Source: a virus (Duplodnaviria > Caudoviricetes). From it: a stretch of 64,000 bases of DNA. Shown in pieces: positions 21,473 to 31,810 of this stretch. The position numbers and the translations under genes were made by a program. Under the pieces are notes generated by a model. The model ran no database searches and was not told the DNA's origin. It saw only the letters and a list, made by a program, of their open reading frames with translations. Location of the stretch: positions 128,001 to 192,000 of the IMG/VR virus record IMGVR_UViG_3300028591_000073; one strand, 5' to 3'. Within the stretch, counting starts at the first letter, position 1, and each line of letters starts with the position of its first letter.

Positions 21473-22110
21473 TGGTTGATTTGACAAATATGGGTCGGGC
21501 AGGACTCATCATACAATATGAAGATGTCATCTCATTAATGGGATACAACATCGTCGAATACTTGAAAGACAACAAAATCAATGATAAGTTTGAAAGGATG
21601 TCCCACGAGGACATCCTTTTGAGCTATTTTAATCGTGAACATTATAACATCAATGCATGGATTAAAGAAACATTTGATTTTGAATTGAATGTTTATGAAT
21701 TAATGGAATCACGAATCATGTTAAAACCAAACATGATTTATGCATATAAAGTCTTTCAAGAATCTGCCAAACAAGGTGTATCGAACCTGATGATTTATTC
21801 CAATCATCCGTCTGATGCCATTACATCTTACTTGCCATCTTTCAATATTCCATGTTTAAAACATGAGAGTGAGAATATTGTAGATATCTTAAATCATAAT
21901 CCCAATTGCACGTTTATCACATCTAATCCAGACTCCATTCAATTATGTACGGAGGTAAAAGCTCCATTTGTATTAACAATTATCGATGAATTTCTTTACG
22001 TCAAAGATATACTATTAACAGGAGTGGATGAGACACTGCGTAAACAAAACAAGCTTGTTTTCTTTACTGGTATCTTATCTGGAGGACTCACAAACGTCAA
22101 TCGAGATTAA
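21472..22110 (+). CDS. Hypothetical protein (possible degenerate HAD fold)
   Basis: 212 aa, coupled to the upstream gene. Confidence 0.55.
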   Translation: MVDLTNMGRAGLIIQYEDVISLMGYNIVEYLKDNKINDKFERMSHEDILLSYFNREHYNINAWIKETFDFELNVYELMESRIMLKPNMIYAYKVFQESAKQGVSNLMIYSNHPSDAITSYLPSFNIPCLKHESENIVDILNHNPNCTFITSNPDSIQLCTEVKAPFVLTIIDEFLYVKDILLTGVDETLRKQNKLVFFTGILSGGLTNVNRD

Positions 22111-22133
22111 ATATATGAGAGGAGAAAAATGAC

Positions 22134-23777
22134 ATGAGCACGAAGAAACCCGACGCAATCGAGAAAGCCCTTTTCTATTTATATGACCCTGAAGCCACAT
22201 ATACGTACAATCTACGTCATGGAACTGAATATCCGTATAATGGATTCCCCAAAGGTGCTGATGGTAGAGTGTACAAGAAGACCAGATTCATTAACTGGGA
22301 ACCGATACCAGAAGACGTGATTATTCGTTATTCTGGAGCACAAATCATTGTGAACTTCGAAGCATTATTCCCTGATGTCATTGATGACCCGGCAATTCAA
22401 ATATTCCAGCTTCGTTCTAAAAGACCTATCATTCAGAATTTGATTTGTGAACAAATTAACTTCTTCACCGCATTATATGATGAAGATAATGATTTGCTCA
22501 CAAGCATGTTGATTGCAAAATACAAAACAGATTCCCAGACTTATACCATTAATACGTTCGATGAATTCTATGAGGATATCTATGATACACTCTTTCCTGA
22601 TAGAACAATTGAAAAGATTAACAAAATGGTGGAGGAAAATAATGTCGGAGATGATGTTGTTGGATTATTCCCGGTTGAATTCACGTATGACATGTATAAG
22701 GTCAGCTTCATGATTAAGATTATGCATATCTATGTGGAACACTTTATTCTGTCAACTGGTAATGTACCAAAGGATTTGTATGAGTTGTTTGCTCGTGCAT
22801 TCACGCATATCATGAACAAAACAAATCCCAACATGTATCTCTTACTGTATAACTATGCCAATACAAGAGTATTACAGACCATCACATCCAATCAAGCCAT
22901 TTATGAGATGAGAGCAATTGATGGTGTAACTGCTCCAACAACCACACAACATCTGATGCGAAAAGCATTGATTTGTGATGGTTTGATTAAGCTCACATTT
23001 GCATCAGAATGGGACCCTGTACAAAAGAGACCATCATACAGTTGTGTTGGGTTAATCAAAGCCATCGTTGCCAATTATACCAACAATACTCGCAAGATGC
23101 AATTGCGGTATTCGTTGGTAAATGTAGATGGAGACATCTCTCAATTGTTAGCAGATAATGTTGGAGCAAATGCTCCCATTTCTGTATTAAGGTCTTTCAA
23201 TCCCGGAGAATTCTGTTGCATGCACAAAGACCTGAATATCATCATTGGTCAAATCATTCTGGAAATCGACATCTCTAGTGTCGATTGGTATCTGGAGAAT
23301 TTGGTACAAATGAATGATTTGTCAACCATTTTGGTACAGACCGTGTTGTATAATAAGTTTCATTCTTCCTTAAACATCGATACACTAACCATGAAGCAGA
23401 AGTATATCATACTCCTATATGTTCGCAATATGGTCATGAACATCTATGGTTTAAGCGAAGAAGATACAATTCATCATCCATTGATTAACATTCTCATGGG
23501 TAAAGTAACAAACACTTCCACAAAAACCTTGACTGCGAAGGACCTGAATGGTGTCAAGAAATATGTGAAGTTAAACAATCTGAGAGATTATTTGCTGTCC
23601 GAGAAGAATGTCAACACCTATGTGGAAAAGATTATTCAGTGTGTCTTGTCCAACTATACCATTGTCAATCACAATGACCCTTCATTACTGAATACACCAT
23701 TGGTATATGATTCTGGTAATATGACAGTCATGTTACTGGAAATGATTGTGTCATTGTTTGAGTCGTTTCTATCATAA
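22134..23777 (+). CDS. Non-virion RNAP sigma-like promoter-specificity subunit (AR9 gp226-like)
   Basis: Helical protein; segments IVNFEALF, NDLLTSMLIAKY, EFYEDIYDTLF, KMVEEN, YNKF recall AR9 gp226 (from memory, not aligned); directly upstream of beta'. Confidence 0.6.
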   Translation: MSTKKPDAIEKALFYLYDPEATYTYNLRHGTEYPYNGFPKGADGRVYKKTRFINWEPIPEDVIIRYSGAQIIVNFEALFPDVIDDPAIQIFQLRSKRPIIQNLICEQINFFTALYDEDNDLLTSMLIAKYKTDSQTYTINTFDEFYEDIYDTLFPDRTIEKINKMVEENNVGDDVVGLFPVEFTYDMYKVSFMIKIMHIYVEHFILSTGNVPKDLYELFARAFTHIMNKTNPNMYLLLYNYANTRVLQTITSNQAIYEMRAIDGVTAPTTTQHLMRKALICDGLIKLTFASEWDPVQKRPSYSCVGLIKAIVANYTNNTRKMQLRYSLVNVDGDISQLLADNVGANAPISVLRSFNPGEFCCMHKDLNIIIGQIILEIDISSVDWYLENLVQMNDLSTILVQTVLYNKFHSSLNIDTLTMKQKYIILLYVRNMVMNIYGLSEEDTIHHPLINILMGKVTNTSTKTLTAKDLNGVKKYVKLNNLRDYLLSEKNVNTYVEKIIQCVLSNYTIVNHNDPSLLNTPLVYDSGNMTVMLLEMIVSLFESFLS

Positions 23778-23797
23778 GAAAGTGAGGAGGATTTAAT

Positions 23798-25186
23798 ATG
23801 ATTTTGAAACGTATGAGTCTGGAAGCCGAATACTATGTGGACATGATTACCCATAATGGATTTCGTATTGAAAACGAGGATGTGTATTCACCAACTGACC
23901 CGAGCATGTTGGTGAATTCATCCAAGTTTACAGATAACGAATTTCGTTGTGACTGTGGTGCTTTTACTGGTCAAGATATCGTTGGTCAAAAGTGTCCGTT
24001 ATGTGGTTCAGAGATTGCATTGCATTCTCTGAACTTCCGTTATACTGGATGGGTGGATATCTATCCACATCGTGTAATTGCACCAGCTTATTATCACCTG
24101 CTAAAACGAGCTATTGGACAAAATATGATTAACTTCATTCTCGGTAATTATAAGGCAGATAATGATGTCAAATATAATGAGAATGATGTCGAGTTTGAGA
24201 AGAAACAAAAGACCAAGAAACGTGGTCGTGTGGCAACCAATGATATTGCAAATATCATCAGAAAGATTCCGCAAAATAAACATCAGTTCAAAGGAATTGG
24301 ACATGACGCATTCTATCAACGTTTCGAAGAAGTCTTGACAGCATGTGATTCAAAGCCACATCACGATGACATCCTTAGACTGTTGGAGAATAAGAATGAT
24401 GTCTTCACCAGTAAGATTCCAATCTATAGTACAGCCTTCAGACCAACCAATACCACATCTGAGAGTAAGTTCTATCCCACTATCAATAGATGGTTGGCAA
24501 AGATTGTTTCACTGAATTGTCAGTTAAAGTTCATGACGATGGATTTACAGATTATGCATACGCTTAATTGTATGCAAAACAATTGGTTGGAAGCCGTTGA
24601 TTATCTGGTCGAAAGTGAAATGGATAAGAAGACCGGGTTTATCCGTAGTGAGATTGTTGGTGGACCGTTTCAATTCTCTTCCAGAGCAGTTATCACATTA
24701 GACCCATCTTTGAATATTGATGAAGTTGACCTTCCGTATAACATGTTGGTTATCGTATATCAGTTCAAGATTGCACACATGTTGAAGAATCGTTTGAACA
24801 TGACATTGGAACAAGCATGCTTATATGTGAAAACGTATACAACAGCGCCAGAGGTTGTGGCTTGTATGGATGAGATTATTGGAAAAGGTGCTTGGTGTGT
24901 AATTCTGAGAGAACCGACAAACAATCTTGCATCCATCTGCTTATGCAAAATCAGAAGATATAAGTTGGATGATAATGATGATACCATGAGCATTACCATT
25001 GAATGCTTAGCTGGATTAAATGCTGACTTTGATGGTGACCAGCTTGATGTATTCATCGTAGATGATTATGGTAAAGAATGCTTTATGCCATTCCATTATT
25101 CTTGCATGACCAACTATGTCACTGGCGAATTCGACATCTCCTTGAGAGAATGGTATGCGATTAGCGCTGGCAGAATGAGTGAATGA
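23798..25186 (+). CDS. Phage RNA polymerase beta' subunit, N-terminal part with catalytic loop
   Basis: Zn finger CDCG...CPLCG, SSRAVI, REPT, NADFDGD. Confidence 0.92.
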   Translation: MILKRMSLEAEYYVDMITHNGFRIENEDVYSPTDPSMLVNSSKFTDNEFRCDCGAFTGQDIVGQKCPLCGSEIALHSLNFRYTGWVDIYPHRVIAPAYYHLLKRAIGQNMINFILGNYKADNDVKYNENDVEFEKKQKTKKRGRVATNDIANIIRKIPQNKHQFKGIGHDAFYQRFEEVLTACDSKPHHDDILRLLENKNDVFTSKIPIYSTAFRPTNTTSESKFYPTINRWLAKIVSLNCQLKFMTMDLQIMHTLNCMQNNWLEAVDYLVESEMDKKTGFIRSEIVGGPFQFSSRAVITLDPSLNIDEVDLPYNMLVIVYQFKIAHMLKNRLNMTLEQACLYVKTYTTAPEVVACMDEIIGKGAWCVILREPTNNLASICLCKIRRYKLDDNDDTMSITIECLAGLNADFDGDQLDVFIVDDYGKECFMPFHYSCMTNYVTGEFDISLREWYAISAGRMSE

Positions 25187-25195
25187 TATGACATT

Positions 25196-25217
25196 ATCCC
25201 CCGCATATGCGGGGGAT
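25196..25217. terminator. CATATG-centred palindrome
   Basis: ATCCCCCGCATATGCGGGGGAT followed by a T-rich tract. Confidence 0.75.
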
Positions 25218-25237
25218 TTCTATTTTTTATAATTTTC

Positions 25238-25311
25238 ATATAGATATCATTAATATGACAATAGATGAAAGTCTATTTGTCAACCCATATAATTCAAAGA
25301 ATTATATGGGT
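25238..25311 (+). promoter_or_regulatory. Putative phage promoter with two leader hairpins
   Basis: ATAGATATCATtaatat, then TGACAATAGATGAAAGTCTATTTGTCA and ACCCATATAATTC-AAA-GAATTATATGGGT. Confidence 0.5.
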
Positions 25312-25389
25312 GAAGTATAAATTGTCATGGTGACAGCATGATGATTTCTTTGTATCAAAGCCATATAAAATAAAAGGAGGAAATGAATC

Positions 25390-25779
25390 ATGGCAGAAAA
25401 CAAAGGCATTCGTTTACAAATCACTGGGTATGACGGACAATATTTCCCAGTTGATTCCGCCACTATTGTCCGCTGTGTAGTGACAGATACACAGCATTGG
25501 GAGCATGGTGTTCATCTTGATGATGATGAACTTCGTCTCTGGGATTACAGACCATTCTACAATGTAGATATGGTTATCCAGAATTGGGATAAAAGTCTCA
25601 TGAAGATGAAAGAGAGACCGCTCGATGCATACAGTGAAGTGACAGTTCATTGTATGATTTCACCGGAATTCTTTCAGGAATGGCACAGATGTAAAGGCGC
25701 TGGATATAATAATCCGGAAACCAGAGCGGAATTCCTGAATGCATGGATTCAGTATTACACAGAGGAGGTGAATCAATAA
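25390..25779 (+). CDS. Hypothetical protein
   Basis: AAGGAGG RBS, 129 aa. Confidence 0.7.
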   Translation: MAENKGIRLQITGYDGQYFPVDSATIVRCVVTDTQHWEHGVHLDDDELRLWDYRPFYNVDMVIQNWDKSLMKMKERPLDAYSEVTVHCMISPEFFQEWHRCKGAGYNNPETRAEFLNAWIQYYTEEVNQ

Positions 25780-26102
25780 TGGAAGAGTTGATGGAGATGC
25801 TGAAATCCATACCAGAAGAGGTTACAATCCTCAAATGGGAAGACGGATTCGACGAAGACATGAAGCCCATTAAGAAGCAAACGCGTTATATTGACCGCAG
25901 CAAATATGACGCAAGCGAGCTTTATGACAAAATGCTCACATGGCTGCTGGATGATGAACTTGAAATGCATCCGATTCGTGCACTCGAGATGATTGAAAAC
26001 GGTTTCAGACTCACAGTCATTCATGAATCAGAGTGGGAAGCCGCTGTTCAGGTGACAGTTCCTGGTATGGAACCGCCACTCACCGTAATCGCAATCTCAT
26101 AA
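25779..26102 (+). CDS. Hypothetical protein
   Basis: GGAGGTGA RBS; TAATG coupling puts the start at 25779. Confidence 0.7.
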   Translation: MEELMEMLKSIPEEVTILKWEDGFDEDMKPIKKQTRYIDRSKYDASELYDKMLTWLLDDELEMHPIRALEMIENGFRLTVIHESEWEAAVQVTVPGMEPPLTVIAIS

Positions 26103-26159
26103 ACAAAAAAGGGCTCCCTTCGGGGAGCCTACTGCTTTAATTTGAAAGGAGAAATTATC

Positions 26160-27917
26160 ATGAGCAAGAAGAAAATCGAAATCAACAAGGAAGATGTAAA
26201 AAAGACACTGGGATACAGGGTGTCTAAGAAACTCCTCTCCGTGTCAATCCCAATATTGTATCTCATCAGTATTGGGTTTGCTCTCTTTAGAGGGTATACT
26301 GATAAGATGAACGCAGCTGTTTATGCATCATTAACGGAAAATATGGATGCGTTCATGAACAAGCTGATGCTGGTATGTCTGCTGTCAGCAATCGGCATCT
26401 ATGGTCTTAACAGCTTCGCAAAGGCTGCAAGATTGAATGCGATAAATTCCGAATTCAACAAGGTCTTCGACCTTGCCTTGCATTCGAAGATATCAGACAT
26501 CAATAAGCTGTCGCCAGAACGCATCAGTGGGTTAGTGAACAGTGTTGCTGTCATGAAAGCCGACATCAAGTCATATATCATCAATTTAGTGAAAGCGGTA
26601 ATACCTTTTGCAATTGTGGTATATCACATTGCAAAGATATCTTTGTATGCTGCTATCATCATGGTGCTCGTAATGGGGTTGGTAATCATCCTCAATCTCT
26701 ATTCTGACTTCTTGTTCCATTTTGATTCGAAGAAATCTGTAATGAGCAATGAGGTAAGAGGAGTATCAACAGCATTGTTTATGTCAGTCCCCATGCTTAA
26801 ATACATGAATGCAGAAGCATGGGCGCAAAAGAAGTTGAAAGATGTGCAGGATGAAGCAACTCCTGCAATGCAAAACTGTGCAAAGCAACTGTACAATTTC
26901 GGAGTAGAGTTGTTAAGCACAATCCCTGAAATCGTGTGCATGGGGAATGCCATCAAAATGGGTGACGTGACCTTGGCAACATTCATGGGCTTCAATCTCG
27001 GCAGTATATATCAAATGATGTATCTGCTAAGAGGAATGGCTGAAGAAAAGAGTGAGCTGGATGGTGAACTCAATTCAATGGCCGAGCTCAAAGGAGATGA
27101 CAAGGCTTATTCTGATAAACCCGCATTCCCAGATAAATTGATTTTGCAAAACGTTAGATTCTATTATGAGTCTGACGAGAATAAGAAAAAGCCATTTATC
27201 TTCAACAACCTTGTGATTCGCAAGGGAAAGAAGTATAGATTCACATCTGCGTCAGGGACGGGAAAGTCATCGGTATTCAAATACTTTGCTGGTGAGATGG
27301 TGACAGACAGACAGCCTGATTTCCGCACATTCTATGTACATCAGCAGGCTTGTCTGATTAATCTTGTCTCTTTAAGAGATAATATCACATTGGGTAATCC
27401 GTATGTGCCTGATGGAGATATTGTATATCTCTTAACGGAGATGGGTATGGGTGATTGGCTTGCTAATTTGCCCAAAGGATTAGACTCCATTATTGGTGTA
27501 GATGTGACGCCGTCTGGTGGTGAATCTAGTAGAATCTCTCTAATGAGAGCATTCTTGCATGTCCGCAATTATGGACCGGACCCTCTCCATCGCATCAGAA
27601 ATACATCCGACCTTATCATGATGGACGAAGTAACTTCCGCATTGGATAAGCGCACAAGATGGTTAGCAGATGACGAACTCTGTACGGAAGAAAAAGTCAT
27701 CAAACTTTGTGAGAAAGAGTTCGCCGGCTGTACGGTAGCAATCATTTCTCATGAAGATGAAACGAGTCATGCGTATGGTTTCCGCAATATTGTCGACTAC
27801 GAAGTTAGACTCGAGGTCAGACAGAATGGCGACAAGGAAGAGCACATCATCTGCAGTGCTGAACCTGTCAACTATGAGAAGACCCGTTCAACAGCACTGA
27901 GTCGTATCGCAAAATAA
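26160..27917 (+). CDS. ABC transporter, fused transmembrane + ATPase (exporter type)
   Basis: Hydrophobic N-terminal helices, Walker A SASGTGKS, signature PSGGE, Walker B IMMDE, H-loop ISH. Confidence 0.88.
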   Translation: MSKKKIEINKEDVKKTLGYRVSKKLLSVSIPILYLISIGFALFRGYTDKMNAAVYASLTENMDAFMNKLMLVCLLSAIGIYGLNSFAKAARLNAINSEFNKVFDLALHSKISDINKLSPERISGLVNSVAVMKADIKSYIINLVKAVIPFAIVVYHIAKISLYAAIIMVLVMGLVIILNLYSDFLFHFDSKKSVMSNEVRGVSTALFMSVPMLKYMNAEAWAQKKLKDVQDEATPAMQNCAKQLYNFGVELLSTIPEIVCMGNAIKMGDVTLATFMGFNLGSIYQMMYLLRGMAEEKSELDGELNSMAELKGDDKAYSDKPAFPDKLILQNVRFYYESDENKKKPFIFNNLVIRKGKKYRFTSASGTGKSSVFKYFAGEMVTDRQPDFRTFYVHQQACLINLVSLRDNITLGNPYVPDGDIVYLLTEMGMGDWLANLPKGLDSIIGVDVTPSGGESSRISLMRAFLHVRNYGPDPLHRIRNTSDLIMMDEVTSALDKRTRWLADDELCTEEKVIKLCEKEFAGCTVAIISHEDETSHAYGFRNIVDYEVRLEVRQNGDKEEHIICSAEPVNYEKTRSTALSRIAK

Positions 27918-27995
27918 ATTGTAAATAATCCGGGAGTTTTATATGCTCCCGGATTAAAATAAAATTCCCAAAAAGAAGAAAGGAAGTAATTTATT

Positions 27996-29168
27996 ATGGG
28001 AAAAGAAGAATACTATAACAGGGGAAAATATGCCGACATGCTCACAGGTAATCTTGATAAAATCTGTGAAATTGCCAGTAAGACAACAAATGGAACGACA
28101 TTACCATACGCATTAATGGGATACACTCCCGAACAGTGTGCAATGGCAGAAGAATTCGCAGACCATATCAGAAAAGCAAAGAAAGAACAAGATGAGGCCG
28201 AATTCCGAGCTCGCATGGAAGCTGCTTCTGCAAGATTTCGTAAATCAAAATATCGCAATCAATTTTTCAAACGTAATTCAAGAAATTCTCCAAATCATAT
28301 TGAAATTGATAAGCAAACGATTGAAATGCTTGGCAACTTGTGGAACACCAATCTCAATCCAGACATTATAAGAAGTGACGAGTTCGAAGGACTTGATGTT
28401 CCAACCGATATTGTACTCGGTGGAACAATTGCGCTAGAGGATGTTGAAATAGAATTTCCGATATATCTGGATTGTGCCACAGGTGATGCATACGGATATG
28501 TCATGAATGATAACCGAGCTAAAGTCGCAAAAGCAAGATTTATCATGCGCCCTGATTATATGAAACATATCATGGAATCAGAGGAGCAACAAGTTGCATT
28601 TTGTGATGTTCATTTATCAATAACTGGCATTAATAGTAATGGAAAGAATTATGACTTCACTATGGGTACTGAAATCTTGATTCGCAAAAATGAACCAGAT
28701 TGCATATTTTACAATGATGAATTCGCAATCAAAGGTAATTTTCCAGGAAAAATAATGGCATTCATGGCTGAGAGAATCTTGGTGTATTATACTGCCGTGT
28801 GGTATTCTATCATGCTTGCATATTTACATCCGTTAACCATCACATCAATTGTTGATGTTGGTAAAAAGATGATGGAAGAATATGCACATGAACCAACAAA
28901 ATACAAAGCGCCATTAAAGAATATCCGTTATCTGAAACTGGATGGGAAAACGCTGGAGAAGGCGTTATACCATTCTAAGCCGGGTAAAGGAAAGAAATAT
29001 GAACGTCACTGTCAGCTGTGGCATGTTCGTGGATATATGAAAAAGAACGGAACATGGGTTGCTCCACAGTGGAGAGGTCCTCTTGCGAAGATGAAAAAGC
29101 TCAGTGATGACATCGAAGCAAGACAGCGTAAAATTGTTGGCGTGTCAATAGACAAAAATCATAAGTGA
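27996..29168 (+). CDS. Hypothetical phage protein with basic C-terminal WHVRGY...WVAPQWRG motif
   Basis: 390-aa ORF; the motif suggests nucleic-acid binding. Confidence 0.65.
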   Translation: MGKEEYYNRGKYADMLTGNLDKICEIASKTTNGTTLPYALMGYTPEQCAMAEEFADHIRKAKKEQDEAEFRARMEAASARFRKSKYRNQFFKRNSRNSPNHIEIDKQTIEMLGNLWNTNLNPDIIRSDEFEGLDVPTDIVLGGTIALEDVEIEFPIYLDCATGDAYGYVMNDNRAKVAKARFIMRPDYMKHIMESEEQQVAFCDVHLSITGINSNGKNYDFTMGTEILIRKNEPDCIFYNDEFAIKGNFPGKIMAFMAERILVYYTAVWYSIMLAYLHPLTITSIVDVGKKMMEEYAHEPTKYKAPLKNIRYLKLDGKTLEKALYHSKPGKGKKYERHCQLWHVRGYMKKNGTWVAPQWRGPLAKMKKLSDDIEARQRKIVGVSIDKNHK

Positions 29169-29172
29169 GAAT

Positions 29173-29192
29173 TGCCCGCCATATGGCGGGCA
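29173..29192. terminator. CATATG-centred palindrome
   Basis: TGCCCGCCATATGGCGGGCA. Confidence 0.65.
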
Positions 29193-29272
29193 TCTCTATA
29201 TAAATTCTTCTCACAGGAGGTGGTTCATATGATTGTATCAATAAAATTTATGTGAAAGGGGGTGAACATCAT

Positions 29273-29446
29273 ATGAACACAAATTGTCAAATCAACTGGA
29301 GTGGGAAACTCGAAACCGAAAATGAGAAAACAACCACATCCAATGATTATCCATATGTTATCGAGAGAATTAATTTATCATTCCTCAATAAACTATTGTC
29401 GACCAATTTCAAACCATTGGTTTGGATTGGAATTCCGAATCAGTAA
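29273..29446 (+). CDS. Small hypothetical protein
   Basis: GGGGGTGA RBS before ATG 29273. Confidence 0.45.
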   Translation: MNTNCQINWSGKLETENEKTTTSNDYPYVIERINLSFLNKLLSTNFKPLVWIGIPNQ

Positions 29447-29452
29447 ATGATG

Positions 29453-29476
29453 ATCCCCCGTGTATACACGGGGGAT
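29453..29476. terminator. Perfect palindrome between convergent genes (GTATAC centre)
   Basis: ATCCCCCGTGTATACACGGGGGAT. Confidence 0.7.
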
Positions 29477-29490
29477 TTTTCTTGTATTGT

Positions 29491-30825
29491 TTATGCAGAC
29501 AGAGAATTCAATTCATCCATAATAGAGAATGGTTTAATCTTACCAGCCACATCCAATGCAGGAGAAACCAGTGTATCCAATTCTTCCATCGCTGCCTGCA
29601 GGAAAGTTTTGTATGTTGCTGGATTGGATTCGAAGTCTTCATAGATTTTTTTCCATGTAAACTTCTCAGAGATTTCATTACCCTGTTTATCCAGTACTTT
29701 GAAACCTGCTTTATTACCCTTTAATCTACCTCTATCATTCAGGAATAATACCAGTGTTCTCAAATTGTCACAACCATTCTTGGTCTTGTCCACAACAATG
29801 CGGAATCCCAATCCTGTCTTCTTATTACCACTTTGATTGGTAGATAATTTGATAGGTTCATAGAGTACAGTATTGCCAACAAAGCCATCTTGCTGTTCGG
29901 TATATCTGGACTCATCCTTGATTTCACCAGTAAATCCCATGACAGAAGAAGCATTGTATTCAACACTCTTACCACCACTGATTTTGATATTGTGGTCACC
30001 ATATTGGAATTGTTTCTTCGGTGTTGCAAATGCATTCATGGATACATTAGCATTTTCATGAGCGATGGTGATGAAGATAATGTTTGCTTCCTTTAACATA
30101 GGAAGAATGTCAGAGATGACACCTTTTAATGTTTTTGCATTCTGCATACCATCTGTATTTCCTCTCATTTCTTTTTGTTTATCCCATTCTTTGGAATTCT
30201 GAATATCATATTCTTTAGAGATGACATCAGACAAAGAATCGAGGAACATGACAGTCGGAGGCATAAGCCAAATGGGTTGGTTGTGTTCATCCACGCAACC
30301 TGTATCTTTTAATAACAGATTCTTGAATTTCATCTTGGATTCATAGATAGCAGTGACATAATTCTGGAGTGTGTCATAACCAATCGCTCCAGCACGTAAT
30401 GCATATCTAGGATGGTCTCCATCAAACCAAGAGTCTGGCAATTGTGTTAAGTTCTTCAGTCGTTGTACGACTAATCTATTTTCTGCATCCAGATGTATCA
30501 CATTACCATTATTGGCATATGCAATATTTGCACACATCTGCATGCCTAAGGTGGTTTTAAATGACTGCGTCGCTCCAGTAATTACATTGAATGAACCAGC
30601 TTGAATACCAAGACATGTTCGTTTCATAATCAATCTACCAGAGTCATCTTTTACATTGACTTCATATCCAAGTGAATAATCAATTACAGAAATTCCAGTT
30701 GGGTATGAGAAGTCAATTAGATTATTCTTTGTGAATACCTCTGCGGCATCACCCATGGAAAGAATTTCCATATAATCCTTATCAGTCATCTCCGCTTCAA
30801 GAACGGCTTGTTTCTTTGTTGCCAT
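29491..30825 (-). CDS. RecA/UvsX-like recombinase
   Basis: Walker A GATQSFKTT, HLDAEN, Walker B MFLDS, SGGKSVEYNAS. Confidence 0.85.
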   Translation of the reverse strand: MATKKQAVLEAEMTDKDYMEILSMGDAAEVFTKNNLIDFSYPTGISVIDYSLGYEVNVKDDSGRLIMKRTCLGIQAGSFNVITGATQSFKTTLGMQMCANIAYANNGNVIHLDAENRLVVQRLKNLTQLPDSWFDGDHPRYALRAGAIGYDTLQNYVTAIYESKMKFKNLLLKDTGCVDEHNQPIWLMPPTVMFLDSLSDVISKEYDIQNSKEWDKQKEMRGNTDGMQNAKTLKGVISDILPMLKEANIIFITIAHENANVSMNAFATPKKQFQYGDHNIKISGGKSVEYNASSVMGFTGEIKDESRYTEQQDGFVGNTVLYEPIKLSTNQSGNKKTGLGFRIVVDKTKNGCDNLRTLVLFLNDRGRLKGNKAGFKVLDKQGNEISEKFTWKKIYEDFESNPATYKTFLQAAMEELDTLVSPALDVAGKIKPFSIMDELNSLSA

Positions 30826-30847
30826 AATGCATCTAACTCCTTTAATA

Positions 30848-31171
30848 TCAAATTTGTGTAAATGGTGTATCTATCTGGTTCAAATCGATACCCAATTTAT
30901 CCTGTATGTGTTTCATGATATCAACAGAGTGTAATGATTTACCAAATGCAAATCCTGGCTCCAGATGAATTAACGAAATGAAGCTATCATATATTTTACG
31001 GAGTTCATCATCCGAGTACTTATTATCTTCTTCTAATGACATGGAATACAGCAACAGACACACCGTCTGTTGCATCACTTCCACACTCACTTCTTTCACA
31101 ACTTGTTCCCGTAAGTCATTATAATGGTTTAATAACAACTGTTTTTGTGTTGCTTTACTCATTGCTCTCAT
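30848..31171 (-). CDS. Hypothetical protein
   Basis: 107 aa, AGGAG RBS. Confidence 0.6.
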   Translation of the reverse strand: MRAMSKATQKQLLLNHYNDLREQVVKEVSVEVMQQTVCLLLYSMSLEEDNKYSDDELRKIYDSFISLIHLEPGFAFGKSLHSVDIMKHIQDKLGIDLNQIDTPFTQI

Positions 31172-31200
31172 TCGTCATCAACTCCTAAATTGATATAGAA

Positions 31201-31485
31201 TTAATCTTGACAACATTCTTCGATGATATACTTGTCCATATCTTCTGCATGGATTGTTTCAATAAACATGGAATGTGTTGATTCATTCAGTCTTACAAGT
31301 TTACGCTTGTAATCATCATTCTTTCTCAATGTCATGAATACCAATCTAAATTTGGTACAGTTTTTAAGAATACCAAATATCTTTTCATCACTACCAACAT
31401 GACGAACACAGTATCCGTTTCCAATGGTGAATGCTTCTGGATTGAATACATTCATCTCTTCCTTATTAATGAACTTAGCATCCAT
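31201..31485 (-). CDS. Small beta-barrel paralogue family protein
   Basis: FNPEAFTIGNGY...FGIL...LVF. Confidence 0.6.
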   Translation of the reverse strand: MDAKFINKEEMNVFNPEAFTIGNGYCVRHVGSDEKIFGILKNCTKFRLVFMTLRKNDDYKRKLVRLNESTHSMFIETIHAEDMDKYIIEECCQD

Positions 31486-31503
31486 TTGTAATCACCCCAA
31501 TTC

Positions 31504-31806
31504 TTATGCTAAAATATCATTATTCCAACTTGGTGTCAACAATACAAAGTCCCATTTGTCAATATCATGATACTTGATATTGAGTTCTCTGATATCACAC
31601 TGCTTGTGGTTATCAAGGTCGATGGTATCTGTACAAGCGACTTTGAAGTACAACTCTTCCTGTCCTTTAGAACATAAGATACCATTATACTGATGCATCT
31701 CATCTCCGTTTTTAAACCATAAATGATATGCATGTCCAAGTTTGAATGCGTCTTCGTTGAACATGGTAACCTGTTTTGTGAACCAATTCTTATCTTCCTC
31801 CATCAT
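31504..31806 (-). CDS. Small beta-barrel paralogue family protein
   Basis: FNEDAFKLGHAY...YNGIL...LYF; start adjusted to RBS. Confidence 0.6.
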   Translation of the reverse strand: MMEEDKNWFTKQVTMFNEDAFKLGHAYHLWFKNGDEMHQYNGILCSKGQEELYFKVACTDTIDLDNHKQCDIRELNIKYHDIDKWDFVLLTPSWNNDILA

Positions 31807-31810
31807 AATA

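Noticed and set aside
22134-23777. Chimallin (nuclear shell protein), suggested by size and position before beta'
   Set aside because: The sequence is predominantly helical and resembles the gp226-type sigma-like subunit; I recognise no chimallin features. A structure search would settle it.
8502-25186. Introns or inteins in the RNAP and DNA polymerase genes (common in this phage group)
   Set aside because: Frames are continuous, and no intein termini or homing-endonuclease motifs were noticed.
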